NCBI GenBank assembly: GCA_017388175.1
Contig: JAFOTD010000017.1
Location: forward strand, 14,940-78,939
Length of the DNA stretch: 64,000 nucleotides
Reading direction: 5' to 3'
Source of the DNA: Clostridia bacterium
GTDB taxonomy: Bacteria > Bacillota > Clostridia > Christensenellales > CAG-138
In this document: positions 19,398 to 27,551 of the stretch, in pieces
How positions within the stretch are numbered: position 1 is the first letter of the stretch
Layout of the letters: every line of letters starts with the position of its first letter
Made by a program: the position numbers and the translations under genes
Notes under the pieces: model-generated
Told to the model about the DNA's origin: nothing
What the model saw: the letters and a program-made list of their open reading frames with translations, nothing else
Database searches by the model: none

Positions 19398-20954
19398 TCA
19401 GAGAAGGTCCGAAAGCAGTGCCTCGGTTTCCTTCATAGCAGCGCCCCACTCCTCCGGGTAACGCTGTCTGACTGTCTGCCATTCCGAATAACCGGTCTTC
19501 GTACCGTGAATATCGCTTCCGACGGCAACGATTTTTCCATCCCTCATCCAATCGCGCAGATATGCGTTCTGCCCGTGCTTTATCAGCGCGGAAACGTTTA
19601 CCTGCCCTTTGACCCGCTCCATGCCCAGCAGAGCTTCGACCTTCTTCCGATCATACCGGTCTACGTGCGCGAGCACGATCTGCAGGTCGGTGCGTTCGCA
19701 CAAGGCCTCAACCGAATCAATCAGCCGATCCGACCAGCTTGTGAAAGGCATCTCCAGCAGAAGAATATCGGTTCCCATCAGACAAAGGCTTTCGATATTC
19801 GGCAGCCGCTCAATTCCCTCAAACGCCAGCACTTCCGCCCCGAGAATGACTCTCGGACTGTCCGCGTCCATATTTCTCTTCAGCTCCAGCCAACTGCGCG
19901 CACGCTGTTCCAGAAATTCTTCCACGTTGCTCTGCTGACCGTAGAAATGCGAAGTCGCACAGATCACTTTTACGCCGGCTTCCTTTGCGAGCTGAAGCTG
20001 CTGCATCGAATTCTCAATGCTGTCGCTTCCGTGGTCAAGACCCGGCAGGATATGCGCATGAAAGTCGATCTGCGTCGTATTCCTTTTTTGCGCCGTTCTT
20101 GCGCCGGAGCCGGTATTCGCTTTTGCGCCCGTTCCGTAATCCGGTGTGCTGCCGTATTGATATCCGTACTTGTAACCGTACCGGTTGCCGTATCGGTATC
20201 CGTACTTATAGCCGTACTTATAGCCGTATTTGCCGGTCTGTTTGAGATTCAGATCGTTGATAACGATGCCGCAGATCCGGCTGCCTGCGCTCTGCAGCGT
20301 ACTCTCCATTTCGGACAGATCTCTCTGCTTCGTCCTCGCGGAACGTGTCACCAGCACCATCCCGTCGACAAGCCTGGACACGATTTGCGCGTCGGCGACT
20401 TCGTTGGTCGGAGGCGTATCCATAATGATATAATTATATTGCTTTCTGAATCGTTCCATCGCCCTCTGAAACGCCGCGGACGCAAGCATTTCCGAAGGAT
20501 TCGGGGGAATCTTGCCGCACGGAATGATCGAAAGCGGAATGCCGTCCACGCTGTAAACGTCACATACGTCCACGTTTGCGATCAGGTCGGAAAGCCCGTT
20601 CTTCGTGTGGATGTGCCAGAGCCTTGCAATATTCGGTTTTCGCATGTCGCAGTCGATTAGCAGCGTTTTCTTGCCGAGCATCGCAAAGGATACCGCGATA
20701 TTGGAAGCCGTAAGGCTCTTGCCCTCGGACGGATTCGCGCTCGTAACACCGAACACCCTGCAACCGCGATCGTCCATGGAGGCAACGGAATACATCAGAT
20801 TCGTTCGAAGCTGTACGTATGCCTCACGGATTGCGAACGCGCTGCTTTCCGTCAGAATCTTCTTGCGGTTTTCCTTGACCTGCGAACGCTCTTCCTGCTT
20901 GCTGCTGCCTTTTGACCGATGAAACATCAGTTTTTTTCCGTTCGTGTTACTCAT
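19398..20954 (-). CDS. fusion protein: BY-kinase (CpsD/CapB-like) + tyrosine-rich tail + PHP-family phosphotyrosine phosphatase (CpsB-like)
   Basis: Walker A TSANPSEGKS, Walker A' LLIDCDMRKP and Walker B YIIMDTPP. The Y-cluster is GKYGYKYGYKYGYRYGNRYGYKYGYQYG. Then comes IDFHAHILPGLDHGSDS..., the CpsB PHP motif, in the same reading frame with no stop. ATG 20954 overlaps the cpsC-like stop (ATGAGTAA). Confidence 0.85.
   Translation of the reverse strand: MSNTNGKKLMFHRSKGSSKQEERSQVKENRKKILTESSAFAIREAYVQLRTNLMYSVASMDDRGCRVFGVTSANPSEGKSLTASNIAVSFAMLGKKTLLIDCDMRKPNIARLWHIHTKNGLSDLIANVDVCDVYSVDGIPLSIIPCGKIPPNPSEMLASAAFQRAMERFRKQYNYIIMDTPPTNEVADAQIVSRLVDGMVLVTRSARTKQRDLSEMESTLQSAGSRICGIVINDLNLKQTGKYGYKYGYKYGYRYGNRYGYKYGYQYGSTPDYGTGAKANTGSGARTAQKRNTTQIDFHAHILPGLDHGSDSIENSMQQLQLAKEAGVKVICATSHFYGQQSNVEEFLEQRARSWLELKRNMDADSPRVILGAEVLAFEGIERLPNIESLCLMGTDILLLEMPFTSWSDRLIDSVEALCERTDLQIVLAHVDRYDRKKVEALLGMERVKGQVNVSALIKHGQNAYLRDWMRDGKIVAVGSDIHGTKTGYSEWQTVRQRYPEEWGAAMKETEALLSDLL
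20151..20234 (-). repeat. in-frame 12-nt tandem repeat encoding the [KRQ]YGY tyrosine cluster
   Basis: Minus strand reads GGC AAA TAC GGC TAT AAG TAC GGC TAT AAG TAC GGA TAC CGA TAC GGC AAC CGG TAC GGT TAC AAG TAC GGA TAT CAA TAC GGC. Confidence 0.9.
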
Positions 20955-21753
20955 TGACGATTTCCTCCCGCAGCGAAACTTCCCACGTTGCGACCTCCTC
21001 GCCGCCGACCACAATCATCGGAATCGTTCCGATAACCGGACATTGCGTGACCTTTGCGACCTCCTCCGAAGTATAGATCGTAGTATCGAGGAACGCGCGC
21101 AGCAGGAAAAATGCCGCTGCCAGCACGATACCTGCCGCAAATCCCAGAATCACGTTTCTCGTCAGGTTCGGGCTGGAATGCGTCTTCGGTTCCACCGCAT
21201 AGTCGACGATTTCCACACCGCCCGCCTTTGTTATGCTTTTGATTTCATCAGGCGCATGCAGGGCGAACGTGTTCGCAATATCCATGGAGAGCACGGGATC
21301 GCCCGTTTTGACGTCAACGCGAATCAGCTTCGTGCCGGTCGGTACAGAAACCGACGTAGCCTTCGAAATCGTGTCGGCCGTGATGTTTCTTTCCGCATAC
21401 TCGGGATGATCCTCGTTGAAATGTTTTTCCACGACGCTCAGAACGCGATTGCTCTTTACGATGGACTGGTAGGTCGTGATCAGGTTGTCTGCCGCCGCCA
21501 GTTCCTGGTTGCTGATCGTGCCCGTCTGCATCTGTTCGGCGCTCGTATAGATGTACATCGACGTATATGCCGTGTATTTCTTTTTGATAAAGAAATGCGT
21601 AATCGCGCCGACCGCAAGCGCAACGACCAATCCGGCGACGATAATATAGATCCATTTGGAAATCAGGATCTGAAATACGTCCGCAAGATTGATCTCAACT
21701 TCACTTTTTTCATTTTTCGCGCGTTCCAAAATCGTAAAATCCTTTCTGCACAT
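20947..21753 (-). CDS. Wzz/CpsC-type polysaccharide co-polymerase (BY-kinase transmembrane modulator)
   Basis: EINLADVFQILISKWIYIIVAGLVVALAVGAI (N-terminal TM), a periplasmic-type loop, and the C-terminal TM VILGFAAGIVLAAAFFLLRAFLD. An alternative TTG start at 21729 follows AAAGGA. Confidence 0.8.
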   Translation of the reverse strand: MCRKDFTILERAKNEKSEVEINLADVFQILISKWIYIIVAGLVVALAVGAITHFFIKKKYTAYTSMYIYTSAEQMQTGTISNQELAAADNLITTYQSIVKSNRVLSVVEKHFNEDHPEYAERNITADTISKATSVSVPTGTKLIRVDVKTGDPVLSMDIANTFALHAPDEIKSITKAGGVEIVDYAVEPKTHSSPNLTRNVILGFAAGIVLAAAFFLLRAFLDTTIYTSEEVAKVTQCPVIGTIPMIVVGGEEVATWEVSLREEIVNE

Positions 21754-21887
21754 TCACACGTCGTAAATTGCAAAAATCTGCAAATCACGCCATTTTTATT
21801 GTTTTTTCGTTATCAACTGTATACTCATGCGATATATCGTATAGACAACATCCCGCCCGATAATAATGCATAGTATAAAACGGTAGT

Positions 21888-21916
21888 ATTATACATCAGA
21901 TTCTGCAAGCCGTCAA
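21888..21916 (-). promoter_or_regulatory. strong sigma-A promoter of the polysaccharide operon
   Basis: Minus strand reads TTGACG-N17-TATAAT (tatTTGACGgcttgcagaatctgatgTATAATac), about 130 nt upstream of the cpsC-like ATG. Confidence 0.65.
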
Positions 21917-21974
21917 TATAACGAAAAAGCGGGCGGGGAATTAAGTTTATCCGTCCGTTCCGATAACGGTAACA

Positions 21975-22004
21975 GAAAAAAGCCGTCATCCGGACGGCTT
22001 TTTC
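21975..22004. terminator. intrinsic terminator between the NusG-like gene and the operon promoter
   Basis: AAAAAAGCCGTC-atccg-GACGGCTTTTT: a GC-rich stem with an A-run and a T-run, so it is usable on either strand. Confidence 0.7.
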
Positions 22005-22050
22005 GTCGAAAATGACGCCGGGCGATTGCGGCGTAAAGCATCTTGAAACG

Positions 22051-22596
22051 CTATCCGATCGTATCCGGCTCCGGCGATTCCCTTTGCAGCCTATCGAAAT
22101 CCGTGTTTCCTTCGATATACTCAATAGAGCACCAGATATTGTGAAACAGAGCTTCTCCGTCTCCGAGCGCAATCTGCACCTGTCTCCGGCTTTTATTGAC
22201 CTTCAGCACCTTGGCGTCCATGCCGACAAGCGGTCCGCCGACAAACGAAATCTTCGTTCCGACCTTAATCACCTGCGAAACGTCGACGACGCCGCCGTAC
22301 CGTTTCAACCAATGAACAAACGCCAGATCCTCTCCGCGCAGCGCGCAGTTCCCGTCCTCATAGCGAAGCGCCTTTAATACGCCGGAATACCTGCGGATGC
22401 GTTCCCAGTCCGGCTGATCCTCGCTTTCAAAAAAGACATATCCCGGCAGAAGCCGTGACCTCGATCGTCTGAGTGTGCCGTTTTCCAGTTTCACGCGCAC
22501 CGCATACGGCGAAAAAGCGGATCGCCCGCTTCGTTCCAACAGTGCAATGACCGCCCCTTCCTGTCCGCTTTTGCAAAACAGGCAATAGCATTCCAT
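22051..22596 (-). CDS. NusG-family specialised paralog (LoaP/UpxY-like processive antiterminator)
   Basis: NGN-like N-terminus MECYCLFCKSGQEGAVIALLERSG...LLPGYVFFESE and KOW-like VGTKISFVGGPLVGMDAKVLKVNKSRRQVQIAL. ATG 22596 follows GGGAG. The track ORF (to 22707) is N-terminally over-extended. Confidence 0.75.
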   Translation of the reverse strand: MECYCLFCKSGQEGAVIALLERSGRSAFSPYAVRVKLENGTLRRSRSRLLPGYVFFESEDQPDWERIRRYSGVLKALRYEDGNCALRGEDLAFVHWLKRYGGVVDVSQVIKVGTKISFVGGPLVGMDAKVLKVNKSRRQVQIALGDGEALFHNIWCSIEYIEGNTDFDRLQRESPEPDTIG

Positions 22597-22666
22597 GCGC
22601 GTTTCTCCCTTCTTTTTCGTGTTCCCATTATAAAAAATCCCGCCTTTGTTTGTCAAGACGAACGCC

Positions 22667-22695
22667 TTGCGATCCGTTCCGGTACGGTATATAAT
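22667..22695 (+). promoter_or_regulatory. candidate promoter of the esterase gene
   Basis: TTGCGA-N17-TATAAT, 30 nt upstream of ATG 22725 (RBS AAAGGAG). Confidence 0.5.
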
Positions 22696-22724
22696 ATGGA
22701 AAAGCAACCGAAAGGAGCCATTCC

Positions 22725-23480
22725 ATGATCATCGTAAAAAAGATTCAGATCCCCGAACTGCCAACCGAAAAACCGCGCAGGCTGTACGTGTATCTGCCGC
22801 AGGGATACGAGAAGAGCGAGGAGCGCTATCCCGTGCTGTATATGTTCGACGGGCACAACGTGTTCTACGACAGCCACGCCACCTACGGCAAGAGCTGGGG
22901 CATGAAGGCGTATCTGCAAAAATCGAAGCTTCCGCTGATTCTTGTCGCCGTCGAATGCAATCCGGAAGGGAACCGGCGTCTGTTCGAGTACACGCCGTGG
23001 GACTTCCACGGCACCGGGATCGGCGACGTCACGGCGCAGGGCAAAATCACGATGGACTGGTTCACAAAGGTCTTGAAGCCTGAGATCGACAAAACGTACC
23101 GCACGCTTCCCGACCGGGAACACACGATGATCGCCGGAAGCTCGATGGGCGGGCTGATGACGCTCTATGCCGCCGTGGAATACAACGGCGTGTTCTCCAT
23201 GGCAGCGTCGCTCTCGCCGAGCCTTTGGGTCTCCCCGTCGAAGATGAAGGAGCTGATCCGCTCGCATCCTTTGAAGGATCCGACGCGCATCTATATCGAC
23301 ATGGGCACGGGCGAGGTCGGAAAATACCGCAAGGAGGGGCTCGGCGGTATGTTCAACGTTGCAAAGGCGCTCAGCAATGCCGGCGCGGACGTTCTGGCGG
23401 CGGCGATCCCCGGCGCGATGCACAACGAAGCGGCGTGGGAAAAGCGCATTCCGGATTTCTTCCGGTTTCTGCTGCAGTAA
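22725..23480 (+). CDS. alpha/beta-hydrolase 'putative esterase' family protein
   Basis: RRLYVYLPQGYEKSEERYPVLYMFDGHNVF...IAGSSMGGLMTLYAAVEY contains the GxSxG nucleophile elbow. Confidence 0.75.
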   Translation: MIIVKKIQIPELPTEKPRRLYVYLPQGYEKSEERYPVLYMFDGHNVFYDSHATYGKSWGMKAYLQKSKLPLILVAVECNPEGNRRLFEYTPWDFHGTGIGDVTAQGKITMDWFTKVLKPEIDKTYRTLPDREHTMIAGSSMGGLMTLYAAVEYNGVFSMAASLSPSLWVSPSKMKELIRSHPLKDPTRIYIDMGTGEVGKYRKEGLGGMFNVAKALSNAGADVLAAAIPGAMHNEAAWEKRIPDFFRFLLQ

Positions 23481-23493
23481 ACGAGCACAAAAA

Positions 23494-23528
23494 CAGAGGC
23501 GGGCGAAAAGCCTGCCTCTGTCGTTTTT
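23494..23528. terminator. bidirectional intrinsic terminator between convergent genes
   Basis: CAGAGGCGGGC-gaaaa-GCCTGCCTCTG (11-bp stem, one G.U pair) followed by TCGTTTTTG, with an A-run upstream. Confidence 0.7.
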
Positions 23529-23534
23529 GCATCC

Positions 23535-26357
23535 TTATTCCTGCTCGGTCGGATAGTCCGACTTGCCGGTGATCTTGCGCTTGATGATCTTGCCCATGCG
23601 CTTTAAGGCGTACGGACCGACGAGCTTCATCATCTCCTCCGCCGTGTGCATGTCGCTTGCGGCGGGCAGGTCGCGGCTTAGATGGATCGCGTCGAATTCG
23701 CAGCGCGTGGTGCAGAGACCGCAGCCGATGCACTGGTTGAGATCGACCGTCGTTGCGCCGCAGCCGAGGCAGCGGTTCGCTTCGACTTTGACCTGCTCCT
23801 CGGTAAGCGGCAGGCGAAGATCCGCAAACGTCGCTCTCGCTTCGCCCGGCTTGAAGCCCGGACGCTGGCGCTGTGCGTTGTCGAACGAATCGGGACGCGT
23901 GATGTCGTCGCGGTTGAACTCGACGAACTTCCGGAGATCTCTGCCGATCGTCATCGACTGACCCGGATGCACGAAGCGGTTGATGGAAACCATTCCCTCG
24001 CGGCCGTCCGCGATCGCGTCGATCGCAAACTTTGCGCCGTGGAAGATGTCGCCGCCGACGAAAATGTCGGGTTCTGCGGTCTGCAGCGTGGTGGGATCGG
24101 CAACCGCCGTTCCGTTTCTGCGGACTTCGACCTTGCTGCCTTCAAGGAGCTTCCCCCACTCTGCGCTCTGACCGATCGCCATCAGCACGTTCTCGCACGG
24201 AACGGTCTTGGTATCGTTCTCGTCATAGGTCGGGCTGAAGCGGTGTTCCCCGTCGAACACGCGCGTGCAGCGCTTGAACACGACCGCGGTGACCTTGCCG
24301 GTTTCATCGCGCATGACTTCCTTCGGACCCCAGCCGTTTTCGATCGCGATGCCCTCTTCGAGCACCTCTTCGATCTCGTCTTTCGCCGCGGGCATTTCTT
24401 CGCGGCTCTCGAGACAAAGCATCGTGACCTTGCCCTTCGTGCAGCGCAGCGCGGTTCTTGCCACATCCGCCGCGACGTTGCCGCCGCCGACGACCACGAC
24501 ATCGCCCGAAAGCGTTTCGCTGCCGTTCTGATTGACGCGCTTCAGGAAGGAAACGCCGGATTCGACGCCCTTGCCCTCTTCGCCCGGAACGCCTGCCGTG
24601 CGTCCGCCCTGCAGACCGATCGCAATGTAGAACGCCTTAAAGCCCTGCTTCCTCAACTCGTCGAGCGTAACGTCCTTGCCGACCTCGACGCCGCAGCGGA
24701 ATTCCGCGCCCATCCGCTTCACGATCTCGATTTCCTTTTCGAGCACGTCCTTTTCGAGGCGGAAATTCGGGATACCGTTCAAAAGCATGCCGCCCGGACG
24801 CGCTTCCTTTTCGAATACGGTGACCGGATAGCCTTCCTTACGCAGATAATACGCCGCGGAAAGACCTGCGGGACCTGCGCCGATGACCGCGATCGGGAAC
24901 TCCGTCCACTGATTGCCTTCGCCGTTCTCGCAAATCTCGGTGAAGTTTTCAGGATGCTCAAGCTCCCACTTTGCGAGGAATTTTTTGATCTCGTCGATCG
25001 CGACCGGCTTGTCGATCGTGCCGCGCGTGCAGCGGTCCTCGCAGCGGCGGTTGCACACTGCGCCGCAGACCGCCGGGAACGGGTTGTCCTGACGAATCAG
25101 TTTGACGGCTTCCGCATATCTGCCTTCGGACGCCATCTTGATATAACCCTGTACCGCGATATGCGCGGGGCAGGCGGTCTTACACGGGGACGTGCCCGTA
25201 TCGTAGCAGTTTTCCTTGTTGTGGTCGCGATAGTCGCGATCCCACTTGTCCTCGCCCCAGACGTGATCGTCAGGCAGATCGTGCATCGGATATTTCACCC
25301 GCGTACCGTCCGCCTTGCACAGTTTCTGACCGAGTTTCGCCGCGCCTGCCGGACAAACCTCAACGCACTTGCCGCATGCAACACACTTCGACTTATCGAC
25401 ATGCGCGCGGTATGCGGAACGCGACATGTTCGGCGTGTTGAAAAGCTGTGAGGTGCGGAGGCCGTAGCAGCTTCCGGGCGAACAGTTGCAGATGCCGACG
25501 ATGCGGTTCGGACCGTCGAGGTTCGTGATCTGGTGCACATAGCCCTTGCGCTCGGCGCGCTCGATGATCTCCATGACCTGTTCACGGGTCACATAGTGCG
25601 CGTCCTTGCCGGATTCCACAAGGAATTCCGCAATGTCGCCGACGCCGATGCACATCTGTCCTTCGATGTCGCCGACGCCCTCGCCGCGGATGCGCTGCGC
25701 CTTGCGGCAGGCACAGACCATCGTGCAGAACTTGTCATACTTCTGCAGCCAGTGCGAAAGATGCTCGACGGAAACGCTTTGCGACTCGACCGGAATCGCC
25801 TTTTCGACCGGAATGACGTGCATGCCGATGCCAGCGCCGCCCGGCGGAACGAGCTTTGCCGCAAGCTCCAAAGGCTCCTGCGGCGCAAGGTTGAACATCG
25901 TCGCGACCTCCGGATGCTCGTCCGGCAGCGTCTTGTGCTCGACCATGTATTCGCCCGAGCCGACGACCCATTTCGGCACCCAGTACTGGATGTGCTGATC
26001 CGCATTGTCGCGGTTCTGTTCGAGAATTCCGATCCAGGTAAGGTGGTCGATCACCTTCTGCGCGTCCGCTTCGCTCATGTTATTGCGCTCGGCAAGCTCC
26101 TTGGTCGTAAGACCGAAACGGCGCTTCTTGAAGCTCAGCAGGAATTTGACCTCCTCCTTCGTCAGCAGCCGGTCGAGGATCCAGAAATCCATGTGGTTTT
26201 CCTTCATGCCGCCCGGCAGCTTTCTCGGGATGTTGTCGGTGATCATCAGCGCGAGCTTTTTGACGAGTTTTTTCTTTTCGGGATCGTCGCAGTGATGCCC
26301 GTCGACGGGATAATCGCGCTCGTTGACGTGGATCTTCGGATTGACTTCTTTAACCAT
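23535..26357 (-). CDS. 940-aa multi-domain iron-sulfur flavoprotein: Cys-rich N-terminal domain + GltD/NfnB-like NAD(P)H:FAD module + C-terminal 2x[4Fe-4S] ferredoxin domain
   Basis: Cys motifs CACRKAQ...CIGVG, ICNCSPGSCYG, CVACGKCVEVCP, CKTACPAH and CGAVCNRRCEDRC. Dinucleotide folds IAVIGAGPAGLSAAYYL and VVVVGGGNVAADVA. C-terminal CLGCGATTVDLNQCIGCGLCTTRCE. Confidence 0.7.
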   Translation of the reverse strand: MVKEVNPKIHVNERDYPVDGHHCDDPEKKKLVKKLALMITDNIPRKLPGGMKENHMDFWILDRLLTKEEVKFLLSFKKRRFGLTTKELAERNNMSEADAQKVIDHLTWIGILEQNRDNADQHIQYWVPKWVVGSGEYMVEHKTLPDEHPEVATMFNLAPQEPLELAAKLVPPGGAGIGMHVIPVEKAIPVESQSVSVEHLSHWLQKYDKFCTMVCACRKAQRIRGEGVGDIEGQMCIGVGDIAEFLVESGKDAHYVTREQVMEIIERAERKGYVHQITNLDGPNRIVGICNCSPGSCYGLRTSQLFNTPNMSRSAYRAHVDKSKCVACGKCVEVCPAGAAKLGQKLCKADGTRVKYPMHDLPDDHVWGEDKWDRDYRDHNKENCYDTGTSPCKTACPAHIAVQGYIKMASEGRYAEAVKLIRQDNPFPAVCGAVCNRRCEDRCTRGTIDKPVAIDEIKKFLAKWELEHPENFTEICENGEGNQWTEFPIAVIGAGPAGLSAAYYLRKEGYPVTVFEKEARPGGMLLNGIPNFRLEKDVLEKEIEIVKRMGAEFRCGVEVGKDVTLDELRKQGFKAFYIAIGLQGGRTAGVPGEEGKGVESGVSFLKRVNQNGSETLSGDVVVVGGGNVAADVARTALRCTKGKVTMLCLESREEMPAAKDEIEEVLEEGIAIENGWGPKEVMRDETGKVTAVVFKRCTRVFDGEHRFSPTYDENDTKTVPCENVLMAIGQSAEWGKLLEGSKVEVRRNGTAVADPTTLQTAEPDIFVGGDIFHGAKFAIDAIADGREGMVSINRFVHPGQSMTIGRDLRKFVEFNRDDITRPDSFDNAQRQRPGFKPGEARATFADLRLPLTEEQVKVEANRCLGCGATTVDLNQCIGCGLCTTRCEFDAIHLSRDLPAASDMHTAEEMMKLVGPYALKRMGKIIKRKITGKSDYPTEQE

Positions 26358-26366
26358 ATCTTCTCC

Positions 26367-27551
26367 TTACTCGATCGGGATCTTGATCGTCATGTCGGAA
26401 AGCGGGTACGCGGCGCAGGCGTGGACGTAGTTGAAATCTTTATCCGCCGCGCGGCGGCCGTCGTTTTCGGGACAGACGTAGTAATCGCCCTTCAGCACCT
26501 TTGTACGGCAGAACCCGCACTCGCCGCTGCGGCACGCCGTCTCGATGCGGATGCCCGCGCGTTCGAGCGCAACGACCAGCGATTCGGTCGCCTTTGCCGG
26601 AATCTCGTCCTTATGAATGCCGCGCATCACGGTCAGCGTATAGGTTTCGTCCTTCTTTTCGATCGGGAATCCCGGGAACGTCGTGATGTCCTTTGCCTGA
26701 CCGAACACCTCGAAGCGGACGCGGCGCGCGGGCACGTCGAGCTTCTTGATCTCCTCGCGAAGGAACCGGTACATGACCTGCGGTCCGCAGATGAAGTAGG
26801 ACGTATCGCCCTTCGTGTACTTTTTGATCAGCTCCGCCGAAAGGAATCCGCGCTCGCCCGTCCAATCCGGTTCGTCTCCGGAGAGCACGTTGACGACGTG
26901 CACACGGTCGCTTTCAAGTGCTTCGAGCTCTTTTTTCAGGATGATGTTGTTCGAGGCGACCGAGCCGTACAGGATCGTCAGCTCCGCGTCCATCGTCCCG
27001 TTTGCGATCTCCTTTGCCATGGACGCAAACGGCGTGATGCCGACGCCGCCCGCAAGCGCCATGATATGGTGCGCGTCGCGAAGCGGCTCGTAATAGAACT
27101 GTCCGAGCCCGATATTGCCCTTGATCGTCGTTCCGACCTTCAGTCCGTCATTCACGTAGTCGGCGATGAAGCCGTCGCCCTTAGAGCGGCGCACGGTGAT
27201 CTCGACATAACCGTTTTCTTTTCTCGCTTCGAACGGCGCGGAAGAAATCGAGTACGGTCTCGAAACGATCTTTCCGTCGATCTCAAAATCGAGTGCAATG
27301 AACTGTCCCGCATAGAACGGCGGCAGCTTTCCTCCCCCGACCTTTTCAAACCGCACGGTCTTTGCCGTGGGGCTTGCTGTACGGATCTCCTTCACAACGA
27401 GATCCAGCTTGCCCGGATGCCATTCCCTTGCGACGTTGCCGATCGGATCGACCGTTTCGGGTTTTTCGGAAGCAGACTGAAATGCGTTCAGACGCGCTTT
27501 GGTGACGCGCGATGCGCCGCCGACGTCCTTTAAGAATCCTTTGACCTTCAT
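26367..27551 (-). CDS. FNR-like FAD/NAD(P)-binding reductase with C-terminal plant-type [2Fe-2S] ferredoxin domain
   Basis: RPYSISS (FAD RxYS motif), LAGGVGITPF (NAD(P) GGxGxxP motif), CRSGECGFCRTKV...C ([2Fe-2S]). The start ATG overlaps the upstream stop (ATGA). Confidence 0.8.
   Translation of the reverse strand: MKVKGFLKDVGGASRVTKARLNAFQSASEKPETVDPIGNVAREWHPGKLDLVVKEIRTASPTAKTVRFEKVGGGKLPPFYAGQFIALDFEIDGKIVSRPYSISSAPFEARKENGYVEITVRRSKGDGFIADYVNDGLKVGTTIKGNIGLGQFYYEPLRDAHHIMALAGGVGITPFASMAKEIANGTMDAELTILYGSVASNNIILKKELEALESDRVHVVNVLSGDEPDWTGERGFLSAELIKKYTKGDTSYFICGPQVMYRFLREEIKKLDVPARRVRFEVFGQAKDITTFPGFPIEKKDETYTLTVMRGIHKDEIPAKATESLVVALERAGIRIETACRSGECGFCRTKVLKGDYYVCPENDGRRAADKDFNYVHACAAYPLSDMTIKIPIE

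Noticed and set aside
20151-20234. 12-nt periodic DNA repeat that could be mistaken for a micro-satellite or mini CRISPR-like array.
   Set aside because: It is in frame within the BY-kinase ORF and encodes the expected tyrosine cluster. It has no spacers and no leader.
18882-20660. 592-aa plus-strand ORF. Similar ones occur at 9862..11262, 13667..14698, 15452..17062, 23682..25451, 25533..27533, 29092..30555, 54742..55911 and 56920..57978.
   Set aside because: Same reasoning: each is antisense to a well-supported minus-strand gene (LCP, BY-kinase, dehydrogenase, aminotransferase, CapD, flavoproteins, Etf/Bcd) and has no recognisable domains.
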